DNA of 58,608 nucleotides, taken from NCBI GenBank assembly GCA_034399535.1, contig DASCSS010000022.1, positions 1-58,608 on the forward strand, in the 5' to 3' direction. The translations under genes and the position numbers were made by a program. The notes under the pieces were generated by a model. The model searched no databases, was not told where the DNA came from, and was given only the letters and a program-made list of their open reading frames with translations. Source of the DNA: Candidatus Thalassarchaeaceae archaeon. GTDB lineage: Archaea > Thermoplasmatota > Poseidoniia > Poseidoniales > Thalassarchaeaceae. This document shows, in pieces, positions 17,750-26,483 of this stretch. The stretch's first letter is position 1; every line of letters begins with the position of its first letter.

Positions 17750-18775
17750 TTGCGAAACCCACTTGACGTGTGCCCCGGACCGGGATTAGTGGATAGCTCT
17801 GCATTGGACCTTGATATTCGAAGGATTGTAACCGACAGCGACCTAGACGGCGTCGTTACTGCTGCAATTCTGCGAAGATGGTGGCCCGATGCGGAGGTTG
17901 AGTTCGGGCATCCCGGAGAAATGAGGGCGGGTCTGTTGGATGAAAAGATCGACCGTTGGACTGCGGTGTGCGACCTCCCAAGACATCCAAATTGCGGGCT
18001 TAGTATTGACCACCACCAGTCGAACAGGCCCTCGGATGCAGAGGGTTCGGGGAGCGTAATTATCTGGCGAGACACCCCCTCTGCAGCAAGAATTGCCTTC
18101 GAATTGGTGTCACAAAGAGCTGAGCTGTCTGACATGGTTGGCTTATTGGAATGGGTCGACAAGCTGGATGGGGGGGGCATCTCGCGGAAGGAGTACCTCT
18201 CTGACCAACCAGAGGTTTGGCTTGGGAGGGTCATTGATGTCGGAGAAGGGACGGCAATGGCGGTGCTGGAGTACCTTCAGGGAGGTCTGTCGGTCGAGGA
18301 AATCTTGTCTAGTTCAGAAATCTCTGCCAGGGTAGAGTCCCGACGGAGGCAGCGAGTCCTACTTTCGGAGGCAATAGAAGAAAGCATGCGCATTGAGGAT
18401 AGACTGGCAATTGTCAGGCTGGAGGGATTAGGGATGCGATCAAACGGTTACCACGTCACAGCCTTGGCTGGAGAAAGGTGTGATGCTTGCATTGTAATCC
18501 ATGGAGATGTGGGCGCTGCGTTTGGAGAGAAGGACCGTTATCCCGTATCTGCTTCATTCTACACAAACTCATTCCTACACAAAAACGGGGGTATCTTCGA
18601 CCTAACAACTCTTGCCACCCGATTCGATCCTGACGGTGGGGGACATGCCAACGCATGCGGTTGCAGGATCAAGCCACTGAGGGGTTTGGAGGTCGAGGAC
18701 AGGGTTGTTTCGTCGGAAGACATTGTTCTGAACATCTCTGCTTGGCTCGAGATGTGGTCAGAGAGACGTTCATAG
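17750..18775 (+). CDS. DHH/DHHA1-family phosphoesterase (NrnA-like)
   Basis: The motifs DSDLDG, SIDHHQSN (DHH) and the C-terminal GGGHANACG (DHHA1) appear in order. There is no in-frame ATG before the DHH core. The track start is TTG, so the exact start is uncertain. Confidence 0.7.
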   Translation: MRNPLDVCPGPGLVDSSALDLDIRRIVTDSDLDGVVTAAILRRWWPDAEVEFGHPGEMRAGLLDEKIDRWTAVCDLPRHPNCGLSIDHHQSNRPSDAEGSGSVIIWRDTPSAARIAFELVSQRAELSDMVGLLEWVDKLDGGGISRKEYLSDQPEVWLGRVIDVGEGTAMAVLEYLQGGLSVEEILSSSEISARVESRRRQRVLLSEAIEESMRIEDRLAIVRLEGLGMRSNGYHVTALAGERCDACIVIHGDVGAAFGEKDRYPVSASFYTNSFLHKNGGIFDLTTLATRFDPDGGGHANACGCRIKPLRGLEVEDRVVSSEDIVLNISAWLEMWSERRS

Positions 18776-19246
18776 AATTGTCAACAGATATAGGAAGCCC
18801 AAGAATGCATGAATGCCAACAAGTAGGGCAACTAGGTCGCTAACTTTCCCGTGGATTTCTTTGGTTCTAGCAAATTTGTCTCCGGCATCCCGTGCCTCCA
18901 TGGTGTTTCTTCCGAGTTTCCAAAGTACGAACATCAGAGCCAGACCGATTGTGCCCACCCAACCGTGAAAATGCCCTGGTAAGAGGAGCTCTGTCGGGTC
19001 GTTGTGATCAACCCAACCCCTTGCTACGTTGGATACGTAGCCAAGGAAAACTATGCCGATGGTCGCCATTGCAATCCTATCCCCCATAGTCTCGTGCTCT
19101 GCTATGGATGCCTTTCTATCATTACCAGAGAGCGTGGATGACTTTTCTTTCCACTTTCTCTGAACGAAGAACGACCAAATCAAAAACAAGGCGGCGAAAG
19201 GATGTGCGAGTATGATTGCAAGTCTGACAGGTTCCACGAATTTCAC
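18770..19246 (-). CDS. hypothetical integral membrane protein (158 aa)
   Basis: About four hydrophobic helices. The GTG start directly abuts the stop of the upstream methyltransferase gene. Confidence 0.5.
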   Translation of the reverse strand: MKFVEPVRLAIILAHPFAALFLIWSFFVQRKWKEKSSTLSGNDRKASIAEHETMGDRIAMATIGIVFLGYVSNVARGWVDHNDPTELLLPGHFHGWVGTIGLALMFVLWKLGRNTMEARDAGDKFARTKEIHGKVSDLVALLVGIHAFLGFLYLLTIL

Positions 19247-19894
19247 CTATCGATTTGTCCAAGTCGCACGATATCTTGTTGATTCCTTACCAGGAATCAT
19301 TGAGGCGTGAAACTCTACTAGTTCCAGGCCGATTCCTATGCTCTCGATGAATGGTCGCGATAGAGGCCATGGAGGGCCTGGTGTGGCTTCCATTCCGTCA
19401 TCTAGCCTCCCTATACAGACTAGGTAGCCTCCCTTTGTGACCAGAGAGGATAGTCGGGTTGCGGCCCTCTGCCTAATTTCACTCGGAATGGCTTGCAATA
19501 TGTGGACCTCCAATACCAGATCAAAGGCGCCTTCCCATTTTCCGGGGGGGTCTTGAAGGTCGGACACAAACCATTCGATCTCACAATTCGGGTGGATTTC
19601 CTTAGCCCAAGACACTGCTGACTCGGATATGTCAAAGGCTGTAACCTTCCAACCCTTTCCGCAAAGAAATGCGGCATCTTCACCCAAACCGCTACCTACA
19701 ACCAGTGCCTTCCCCGAGAGGTCTGTCTGTTTCTCCCAATCTGTCAGGAAAGGATGGGGTTCCATCCAATCCCATGGAACCATCGCACGATCTTTTTTTG
19801 ATGCGGAATAAACATCTTCGAACCACGAGAGGGGGCGTTCCGAATTCTCTGATTTGTTGAAGAAGTTCAGCATCCTCTCGTGGGCTTCGTCCAT
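19247..19894 (-). CDS. class I SAM-dependent methyltransferase (TPMT-like)
   Basis: The SAM-binding motif ALVVGSGLGEDAAFL is followed by VTAFDIS and FDLVLE. The start is set at ATG 19894 (MDEAHERM...), because the track start at 19942 would overlap icd. Confidence 0.7.
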   Translation of the reverse strand: MDEAHERMLNFFNKSENSERPLSWFEDVYSASKKDRAMVPWDWMEPHPFLTDWEKQTDLSGKALVVGSGLGEDAAFLCGKGWKVTAFDISESAVSWAKEIHPNCEIEWFVSDLQDPPGKWEGAFDLVLEVHILQAIPSEIRQRAATRLSSLVTKGGYLVCIGRLDDGMEATPGPPWPLSRPFIESIGIGLELVEFHASMIPGKESTRYRATWTNR

Positions 19895-19902
19895 GTTCCA
19901 AC

Positions 19903-21138
19903 CTACATGTGAGAAATCACAGCATTGCCAAATTCGGAGCAAGACAGTAGAGTTGCATCACCCATCAGGCGTTCGAAGTCATAGGTAACCGTCTTTGCAG
20001 ATATGGCCCCCTCCATTCCACTAACTATGAGATCGGCTGCCTCGGACCAAGACATATGACGAAGCATCATCTCTGCGGATAGTATCAGGCTTCCGGGATT
20101 CACCTTGTCCTGGCCTGCGTACTTGGGTGCAGTACCGTGCGTTGCTTCGAAGATTGCAACACCGGTGTCGTAGTTTATGTTGGCTCCGGGGGCGATACCT
20201 ATCCCACCCACCTGTGCAGCTAGCGCATCAGAAATATAGTCACCGTTGAGATTCATTGTAGTCAGAACCCCATATTCACTAGGACGCGTCAGAACCTGTT
20301 GAAGCATCGCGTCTGCTATGACGTCCTTTACCGTGATGGTAGTGCCAGTATTGGGGTTCTCAAAGGTACACCACGGACCACCGTCCAGTTCTAATGCACC
20401 GAATTCTTCCTTTGCTAACTGGTAACCCCAATCTCGAAATCCACCCTCAGTGAATTTCATGATATTGCCCTTGTGAACCAGAGTGACGCTGTCCCTGTCG
20501 TTGTCTATCGCGTACCTAATGGCCGCTCTTACAATTCGTGCCGTGCCCTCCTGGCTAACGGGCTTGATCCCTATCCCAGCAGTATCTGGGAATCTAATCT
20601 TGTCGACACCCATTTCATCCTGTAGAAAGTTGATTACTTTGCGGACTTCTTCACTTCCAGACTCCCATTCGATTCCGGCATATACATCCTCGCTATTCTC
20701 TCTGAAGATTATCATGTCGACCGCTCCAGGATCCTTCACAGGACTGGGAGTTCCCTCGTACCACCTAACCGGTCTGACGCAGGCGAATAGATCCAGTTGC
20801 TGACGTAGAGCCACATTCAGGCTTCGTATCCCCCCTCCCACTGGTGTAGTTAATGGGCCTTTAATGGATACAAGGCCCTCACGCATGGCATTCTTGGTTT
20901 CCTCTGGAAGCCATTCGCCTGTCGAGTTGAATGCCTTTTCTCCAGCTAGTACTTCCTTCCATTGTACTGTCCTTTCTCCATCGTATGCCTTCTCTACTGC
21001 AGAATCGACTACTGCCTTCATGACAGGAGTAATGTCCACTCCAATTCCATCTCCCTCGATATAGTGAATAATTGGGTCGTTCGGAACCTCCAGTTTTCCG
21101 TTCGACATGCTTATCGTACTTCCCTGAGGCATGTTCAT
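19903..21138 (-). CDS. icd: NADP-dependent isocitrate dehydrogenase (prokaryotic homodimeric type)
   Basis: [40 protein letters not shown] and GTAPKYAG are typical Icd blocks. Size is 411 aa. A GGAGG lies upstream of the ATG. Confidence 0.9.
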   Translation of the reverse strand: MNMPQGSTISMSNGKLEVPNDPIIHYIEGDGIGVDITPVMKAVVDSAVEKAYDGERTVQWKEVLAGEKAFNSTGEWLPEETKNAMREGLVSIKGPLTTPVGGGIRSLNVALRQQLDLFACVRPVRWYEGTPSPVKDPGAVDMIIFRENSEDVYAGIEWESGSEEVRKVINFLQDEMGVDKIRFPDTAGIGIKPVSQEGTARIVRAAIRYAIDNDRDSVTLVHKGNIMKFTEGGFRDWGYQLAKEEFGALELDGGPWCTFENPNTGTTITVKDVIADAMLQQVLTRPSEYGVLTTMNLNGDYISDALAAQVGGIGIAPGANINYDTGVAIFEATHGTAPKYAGQDKVNPGSLILSAEMMLRHMSWSEAADLIVSGMEGAISAKTVTYDFERLMGDATLLSCSEFGNAVISHM

Positions 21139-21206
21139 CGCTCCTCCGATTGGTAAGGGATTGATGAAGCCAACCCTTCAAGGGTGATGGCTTTGGTGAC
21201 TGTAAT

Positions 21207-21596
21207 GTGAAAGGAGAGGTGCGGTGGACCGACCAAGGCGGTTACATTGGAGCCACTTCGAAAGGAAAGGTGTTCGGAATCTATGGCGATGACTCCCCTA
21301 GTCCCATGGAGATGGTTCTGCATGCTCATGCCTCTTGCTCTCTTATTGACGTAATCGACGGATTGAAGGAAAGGGTGGCCAATGTTGAGTATGCCACCGT
21401 AGAAATAGAGGCTGAGAGGGCCGAGGAGCGGCCGCGGGTCTTCACTTCTGTAAACATGAAATACATCGTCAAAGGAGACGTTCCAGAGACACTGGTTCAT
21501 CGTCTGATTGAAAGTAGTCACGAGAACTATTGCAGTGTCGGAATAATGATTACAAGATCCGGGGTAACTCTGAAATGGTCTCTTGAAATGATATAA
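21207..21596 (+). CDS. OsmC/Ohr-family peroxiredoxin-like protein
   Basis: 129 aa. SPMEMVLHAHASCSLIDV and ENYCSVG are the two Cys-containing OsmC blocks. GTG start. Confidence 0.7.
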   Translation: MKGEVRWTDQGGYIGATSKGKVFGIYGDDSPSPMEMVLHAHASCSLIDVIDGLKERVANVEYATVEIEAERAEERPRVFTSVNMKYIVKGDVPETLVHRLIESSHENYCSVGIMITRSGVTLKWSLEMI

Positions 21597-21620
21597 TTTC
21601 TGATTGTAAGGCGTGATTGG

Positions 21621-21636
21621 TTTAGTTTGATTTTTC
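21621..21636 (+). terminator. T-rich tract, candidate archaeal terminator after the OsmC-like gene
   Basis: tttagtttgatttttc lies 25 nt after the stop and contains a T5 run. Archaeal termination typically uses oligo-T. Confidence 0.3.
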
Positions 21637-21759
21637 TAAAAATTCAATCTGAAATTGGTGGGTTCAAGGCTAATCATTAAACACCCTCCATTCAGAAGCG
21701 CAACTCCCTTGCACAAGGCGGGACGAATCCTGACCGATACACAACGGGAGTGAGAGAAA

Positions 21760-24700
21760 ATGCAGACCAAGATTGGTATGTCCGGAGAAGCAGCGGAGGC
21801 TGAGAGCGGGCTCGTGATAGAGCGGCGCTTTACTTCTGTTGAGCAGGATCCTTTCGATTTGTTCAATTGGATCGAGATGGATGTCGAAATCAGGAATCCC
21901 GATGGTTCCATGGCTGACTCAATCGAGGGCGTAAAGCTGCCTTCCGGGTTCTCCGGAATACCCGGGAAGGTTTGCGCCCAAAAGTATCTGCGAAAGGCGG
22001 GTGTTCCGAGGTTTCTTCGGAACGTTCCCGAAGAGGGGGTGCCTGTCTGGCTACAGCGAAGTGAGCCGGACCAAGAGCGGTTACAGAAATTGGATACCGC
22101 CGATAGAATGGGTGGTGAGACCGACGGAAGGCAGCTCTTCCGTCGGCTTGCAGGGACCTGGACCTACTGGGGCTGGAAGTATGGATACTTTGCTAGCGAG
22201 GCTGATGCCCGCGCCTACTTCGACGAGATGTGCTACATGATCGCTAGTCAGCGTTCGGCACCCAACAGCCCCCAGTGGTTCAACACAGGACTCCATTGGG
22301 CCTACGGAATTGCGGGACCACCGCAAGGCCACACATACGTGGACCCAGACACGGGAAGAGTGGAGTTGTCGACCAGTGCTTACGAAAGGCCCCAACCTCA
22401 TGCATGCTTCATCCAGTCTGTCTCCGATTCACTAGTTGGAGGGAGCGACTCAATTATGGGGTTGTGGAACAGGGAGGCCCTTCTGTTCAAGTATGGTTCC
22501 GGTACTGGTTCGAACTTTTCGAGAATCAGAGGTTCCGGAGAGCCGCTTTCAGGGGGTGGGACATCGAGCGGTCTCCTCTCCTTCCTGAAGATAGGCGATA
22601 GGGCTGCAGGAGCAATAAAATCCGGTGGGACTACTAGGAGAGCAGCGAAAATGGTAACCCTTGATTTGGATCATCCCGATATAGAGGAATACATCGATTG
22701 GAAGCCATCTGAAGAGGAGAAGGTTTCGGCCCTCGTCATAGGAAGCACGATTCTCCAGAAGCACGCTGACGCGATAATGGATTCGGTTTGGGAGTTCGAC
22801 GATGACGAGGGTAGGTTCAGTCATAATACCAATCTAGGACTTCGGAAAGCAATGGTCGGGGCGATCAAGGACAGCGTCCCTCAGGCGCACATCCAGAGAA
22901 TTCTGGATCTTGCTCAGCAAGGCTGGAAGGGGCTCGAATTCGAGGTGCTAGATACCGACTGGCAGGGAGAGGCCTACGCAACAGTATCGGGCCAGAACAG
23001 CAACAACTCGGTCAGGGTCCCAAACTCATTCATGGACGCAGTAAAGGAAGGGGGTGATTGGAACCTCTATTGGAGAACAGAGATGGAATCTGCAGAGTCA
23101 GAAGGGAGGTCCCCAGAACCCTGTAGGACCCTGGATGCGCGGACACTTTGGAACAAGGTCGCCTACACTGCTTGGGCGTGCGCTGATCCAGGTGTCCAGT
23201 TTGACACGACAATCAACGAATGGCATACCTGCCCGGAAGCTGGACGGATAAATGGGTCGAACCCTTGCTCCGAGTACATGTTCCTAGATGATACCGCTTG
23301 CAACCTTGCAAGCATAAATCTCCTTCATTACTACGACCTGGACACACATGCTTTCCAAATCGATGATTTCCGGCACAGTGTTCGACTATGGACATCGACA
23401 CTGGAGATTAGCGTCCTAATGGCTCAGTTCCCCTCAAAATCGATTACGCAGAGATCCTACGATTACAGGACACTTGGGTTGGGATACTGCAACATCGGAT
23501 CACTTCTGATGCATATGGGAATTCCCTACGACGACGAGCGTGCTTATGCAATATGTGGGGCAGTTACTGCGATAATGTGTGGGGAGTCGTATGCGACGAG
23601 CGCAGAGATGGCATCTATCCTAGGTCCTTTCCCGGACTATGATAGGAATTCTGGGGATATGCTCAGGGTAATGAGAAACCATAGGCGCGCCACATACGAT
23701 GCCCCCTCCGAAGAGTACGAAGGGCTGACTGTATCTCCGGTTGGGATCAACAGCAAGAAGTGCCCCAAAGATCTACTTGATGCTGCTCGTGAATGCTGGG
23801 ACAGGGCAGTAAGGGAAGGGGAGGAGCATGGATTCCGCAATGCCCAGACAACTGTGATTGCCCCCACTGGAACGATTGGTTTGGTAATGGGAGCGGACAC
23901 CACGGGGGTCGAGCCCCAGTTCTCCCTCGTCCAATACAAGACGCTTGCTGGAGGAGGGTCGCTTAGGATCATCAATCGGGGCGTCCCAAACGCTCTGGGA
24001 CGGTTGGGCTACTCAGAGAGCGAAGCCCTGCAGATAGAGGAATACATCATGGGGACTGGGAGAATTAATGGTTGTCCAAGCTTCTCAGGGGATCGACTCA
24101 TGGAGGCTGGGTTCGACTCGAAGATACTGAAGTCCATCGAATCCAAACTTGGAGATGTTTTTGATATTAGATCGGCATTCGCACCCTCCATACTGGGTAA
24201 GAAGTTCTGTACTGGAGACCTAGGGATGACCGAAGGACAGTTCGAGGACCCCTTCTTCGATACCCTGGGTTTCATAGGTTTCACTCCAGATGAGGTGGAT
24301 GCGTCGAACGACCGCATCTTCGGGCACAACACAATCGAGGGAGCGCCCGGACTGAAAGAGGAGCATTTGCCGGTATTCGACTGCGCTACCCCTTGCGGCA
24401 AGTACGGCAAGAGGTCGATTGCATGGGATGCTCACGTGAACATGATGTCTGCCGCGCAGCCATTCATTTCTGGTGCAATATCTAAGACTATCAACATGCC
24501 ATCTGATTCGACTATCGATGAGGTCAGAGAAGCATACAACCTAAGCCATGCCACGATGAACAAGGCGTGTGCGGTCTACAGGGATGGAAGCAAGCTCTCC
24601 CAGCCTCTCATGAACCAACTGGTAGACTCTGTCGATCTCGAAGAGACAGAGGAGGAGATGGTAGAGAAGATGGTGGTGGAAGCTGTCAGTGCTATTCCGG

Positions 24701-25392
24701 CCCCCGAACCAATAGCCAGGCCAGTAGCAGAGGTCCTTGTTCAGAGCTACATCGCTGCGAGGAGGCCCCTACCCGACAGGAAGAGGGGTGCGAACTTCAA
24801 GGCCAGAGTGGGAGGTCATAGTGTACGCCTCATTACTGGAGAGTATGACGATGGGAAGCTCGGAGAGATATTCCTGTTGACTTCCAAGGAGGGGGCTGCA
24901 TGGAGGGCTTTGCTATCACAATTCGCAATAGCGGTGTCAATCGGCCTCCAACACGGCGTTCCAATAGATGCATTCGTGAAATCATTCACCTTCACCAAGT
25001 TCGAGCCGAGCGGAATGATTGAGGGAGGAAGCGGGCGAGTCAAGATGTCCTCCAGCATAATCGACTGGGTTTTCCGAGAGTTGGCTATCGAGTACGCGGG
25101 CAGGGACGACCTCGCTCACGTGGACCCGACGGACTTGGACCCGTTCTCGATAAGTCGTCCTGAGATGACCGAACGGGGCCTAGTCCGAACCCAAGGTGAG
25201 AAGCGGGAGGTTCAGATGACTCTCGAGGCCGCTGTGGCTCCAATCATCGACGCTGAGACAAAAGTCAGGCAGGCAGCCAAGGAGCGTGGCTTCACTGGAG
25301 ACATCTGCGACGATTGCGGTGGAAGCCAGATGGTCAGGAACGGGACGTGCCTCAAGTGCAACGAGTGCGGTTCGACTACTGGTTGCTCTTGA
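21760..25392 (+). CDS. nrdJ: adenosylcobalamin-dependent ribonucleotide reductase, class II (long form, C-terminal zinc ribbon)
   Basis: FKYGSGTGSNFSRIRGSGEPLSGGGTSSGLLSFLKIGDRAAGAIKSGGTTRRAAKMV and NPCSEYMFLDDTACNLASINL are class II RNR core blocks. The C-terminus CDDCGGSQMVRNGTCLKCNECGSTTGC forms a zinc ribbon. Confidence 0.9.
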   Translation: MQTKIGMSGEAAEAESGLVIERRFTSVEQDPFDLFNWIEMDVEIRNPDGSMADSIEGVKLPSGFSGIPGKVCAQKYLRKAGVPRFLRNVPEEGVPVWLQRSEPDQERLQKLDTADRMGGETDGRQLFRRLAGTWTYWGWKYGYFASEADARAYFDEMCYMIASQRSAPNSPQWFNTGLHWAYGIAGPPQGHTYVDPDTGRVELSTSAYERPQPHACFIQSVSDSLVGGSDSIMGLWNREALLFKYGSGTGSNFSRIRGSGEPLSGGGTSSGLLSFLKIGDRAAGAIKSGGTTRRAAKMVTLDLDHPDIEEYIDWKPSEEEKVSALVIGSTILQKHADAIMDSVWEFDDDEGRFSHNTNLGLRKAMVGAIKDSVPQAHIQRILDLAQQGWKGLEFEVLDTDWQGEAYATVSGQNSNNSVRVPNSFMDAVKEGGDWNLYWRTEMESAESEGRSPEPCRTLDARTLWNKVAYTAWACADPGVQFDTTINEWHTCPEAGRINGSNPCSEYMFLDDTACNLASINLLHYYDLDTHAFQIDDFRHSVRLWTSTLEISVLMAQFPSKSITQRSYDYRTLGLGYCNIGSLLMHMGIPYDDERAYAICGAVTAIMCGESYATSAEMASILGPFPDYDRNSGDMLRVMRNHRRATYDAPSEEYEGLTVSPVGINSKKCPKDLLDAARECWDRAVREGEEHGFRNAQTTVIAPTGTIGLVMGADTTGVEPQFSLVQYKTLAGGGSLRIINRGVPNALGRLGYSESEALQIEEYIMGTGRINGCPSFSGDRLMEAGFDSKILKSIESKLGDVFDIRSAFAPSILGKKFCTGDLGMTEGQFEDPFFDTLGFIGFTPDEVDASNDRIFGHNTIEGAPGLKEEHLPVFDCATPCGKYGKRSIAWDAHVNMMSAAQPFISGAISKTINMPSDSTIDEVREAYNLSHATMNKACAVYRDGSKLSQPLMNQLVDSVDLEETEEEMVEKMVVEAVSAIPAPEPIARPVAEVLVQSYIAARRPLPDRKRGANFKARVGGHSVRLITGEYDDGKLGEIFLLTSKEGAAWRALLSQFAIAVSIGLQHGVPIDAFVKSFTFTKFEPSGMIEGGSGRVKMSSSIIDWVFRELAIEYAGRDDLAHVDPTDLDPFSISRPEMTERGLVRTQGEKREVQMTLEAAVAPIIDAETKVRQAAKERGFTGDICDDCGGSQMVRNGTCLKCNECGSTTGCS

Positions 25393-25395
25393 TTC

Positions 25396-26319
25396 TCAAA
25401 TCTCTAGTTCGATGTTTAGGTTCTGAATAAGTTCCTTGTATCGGTTTCTGATTGTAACCTCGGTCACTCCAGCGACCTCGGCGACCTCTCGTTGCGTCCT
25501 GCGCTTTCCACAAAGTACGCTGGCGATGTAGATTATCGACGCAGCGATTCCGGTGGGACCCCTACCACTGGTAAGCTCCTTCTCTTGTGCTGCAGCAATC
25601 AGCTCGTAGGCCTTTGACTGAACCTCGGCATCCAAGTCTAGACCCGAGCAGAACCTTGGAATGTAGTCCTCGGGCTTGGTTGGTGGGATCTTCATTCTGA
25701 GCTCGCGTACCATGAACCGGTATGTCCGGCCAATCTCCTTACGGCCTGTCCTACTAGCCTCCCCTATCTCATCCAGAGTACGTGGATTCTCGCAAATCCT
25801 GCAGGCTGCATAGAGGCTCGCTGCAGCCACTCCCTCAATAGAACGACCACGAATCAGGCGAGCGTCGACTGCCTTTCCGTAGGTGACTGCCGCTGTTTCC
25901 CTGATCGTCTTAGGCAATTCCAGGCGGCTTGCCATTCTGTCGAGCTCCGCGAGAGCCATGGCCTTGTTCCTCTCAGTGGCATTACTAACCCTGGATCTCT
26001 TCTGCCACTTCCTCATCCTGTAGAATTGGCTTCGGTATCTGCTGGAGATGGACTTCCCTGAATAGTCCTTGTTCTGCCAGTCTATGTCAGTGGAAAGACC
26101 CTTGTCGTGTAGCATGACGGTCATCGGAGCACCCGTTCTTGCTCGCTGGTCCCCTTGCTCGGGGCTGAAGACTCTCCACTCTGCTCCTTGATCAATCACC
26201 TTGTCTTCAAGAACGAGGCCGCAGTCATCACAGACAACCTCACCCCTCGATTCGTCTTTACTCAGATTTCGGCTTCCACATTCATCGCACTTCACGGTGT
26301 CCTCAACAAGATATGACAT
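25396..26319 (-). CDS. tfb: transcription initiation factor B (TFB/TFIIB)
   Basis: N-terminal zinc ribbon [27 protein letters not shown], a B-linker, and two cyclin-like repeats ending in [19 protein letters not shown]. Confidence 0.92.
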   Translation of the reverse strand: MSYLVEDTVKCDECGSRNLSKDESRGEVVCDDCGLVLEDKVIDQGAEWRVFSPEQGDQRARTGAPMTVMLHDKGLSTDIDWQNKDYSGKSISSRYRSQFYRMRKWQKRSRVSNATERNKAMALAELDRMASRLELPKTIRETAAVTYGKAVDARLIRGRSIEGVAAASLYAACRICENPRTLDEIGEASRTGRKEIGRTYRFMVRELRMKIPPTKPEDYIPRFCSGLDLDAEVQSKAYELIAAAQEKELTSGRGPTGIAASIIYIASVLCGKRRTQREVAEVAGVTEVTIRNRYKELIQNLNIELEI

Positions 26320-26483
26320 ACATCCTCACCCCCCTTTCCACGAAAAGGTATTAAATTGCCAAAAGGCATCTTATATAAGTGTTATAATTAGAAATAATTC
26401 CTCAAGAAATCATATTAGTAAATTCTCCTATAATCGAGAATCGTGAAATACAAAGCGATACTGGGGGGTACTGGAGGATTAGC
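26320..26483. promoter_or_regulatory. AT-rich divergent promoter region (tfb <-> aconitase-family gene)
   Basis: The most AT-rich intergenic stretch seen. tattaaat (26349-26356; atttaata on the tfb strand) lies about 30 nt upstream of the tfb ATG. ttatataa is at 26371-26378. cctataat (26427-26434) and a GGAGGA (26473-26478) precede the + strand ATG at 26484. Confidence 0.4.

Noticed and set aside
21597-21759. A possible cobalamin riboswitch in the 163-nt leader of the B12-dependent RNR (strings ggtgggttcaagg and gcgcaactcc vaguely recall B12-element segments).
   Set aside because: I could not find a B12 box (AGYCMGGAGACCKGCC-like) or the paired stems. B12 riboswitches normally repress B12-independent isozymes or transporters, not the B12-dependent enzyme, and they are rare in archaea. 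A covariance-model scan (Rfam RF00174) would settle it.
21760-25392. A possible intein in the 1210-aa NrdJ, since archaeal RNRs often carry inteins.
   Set aside because: The sequence reads as continuous long-form class II RNR. No Cys/Ser...His-Asn-Cys/Ser/Thr splice-junction pair or homing-endonuclease (LAGLIDADG) block is visible. The length matches the intein-free long NrdJ forms known in bacteria.
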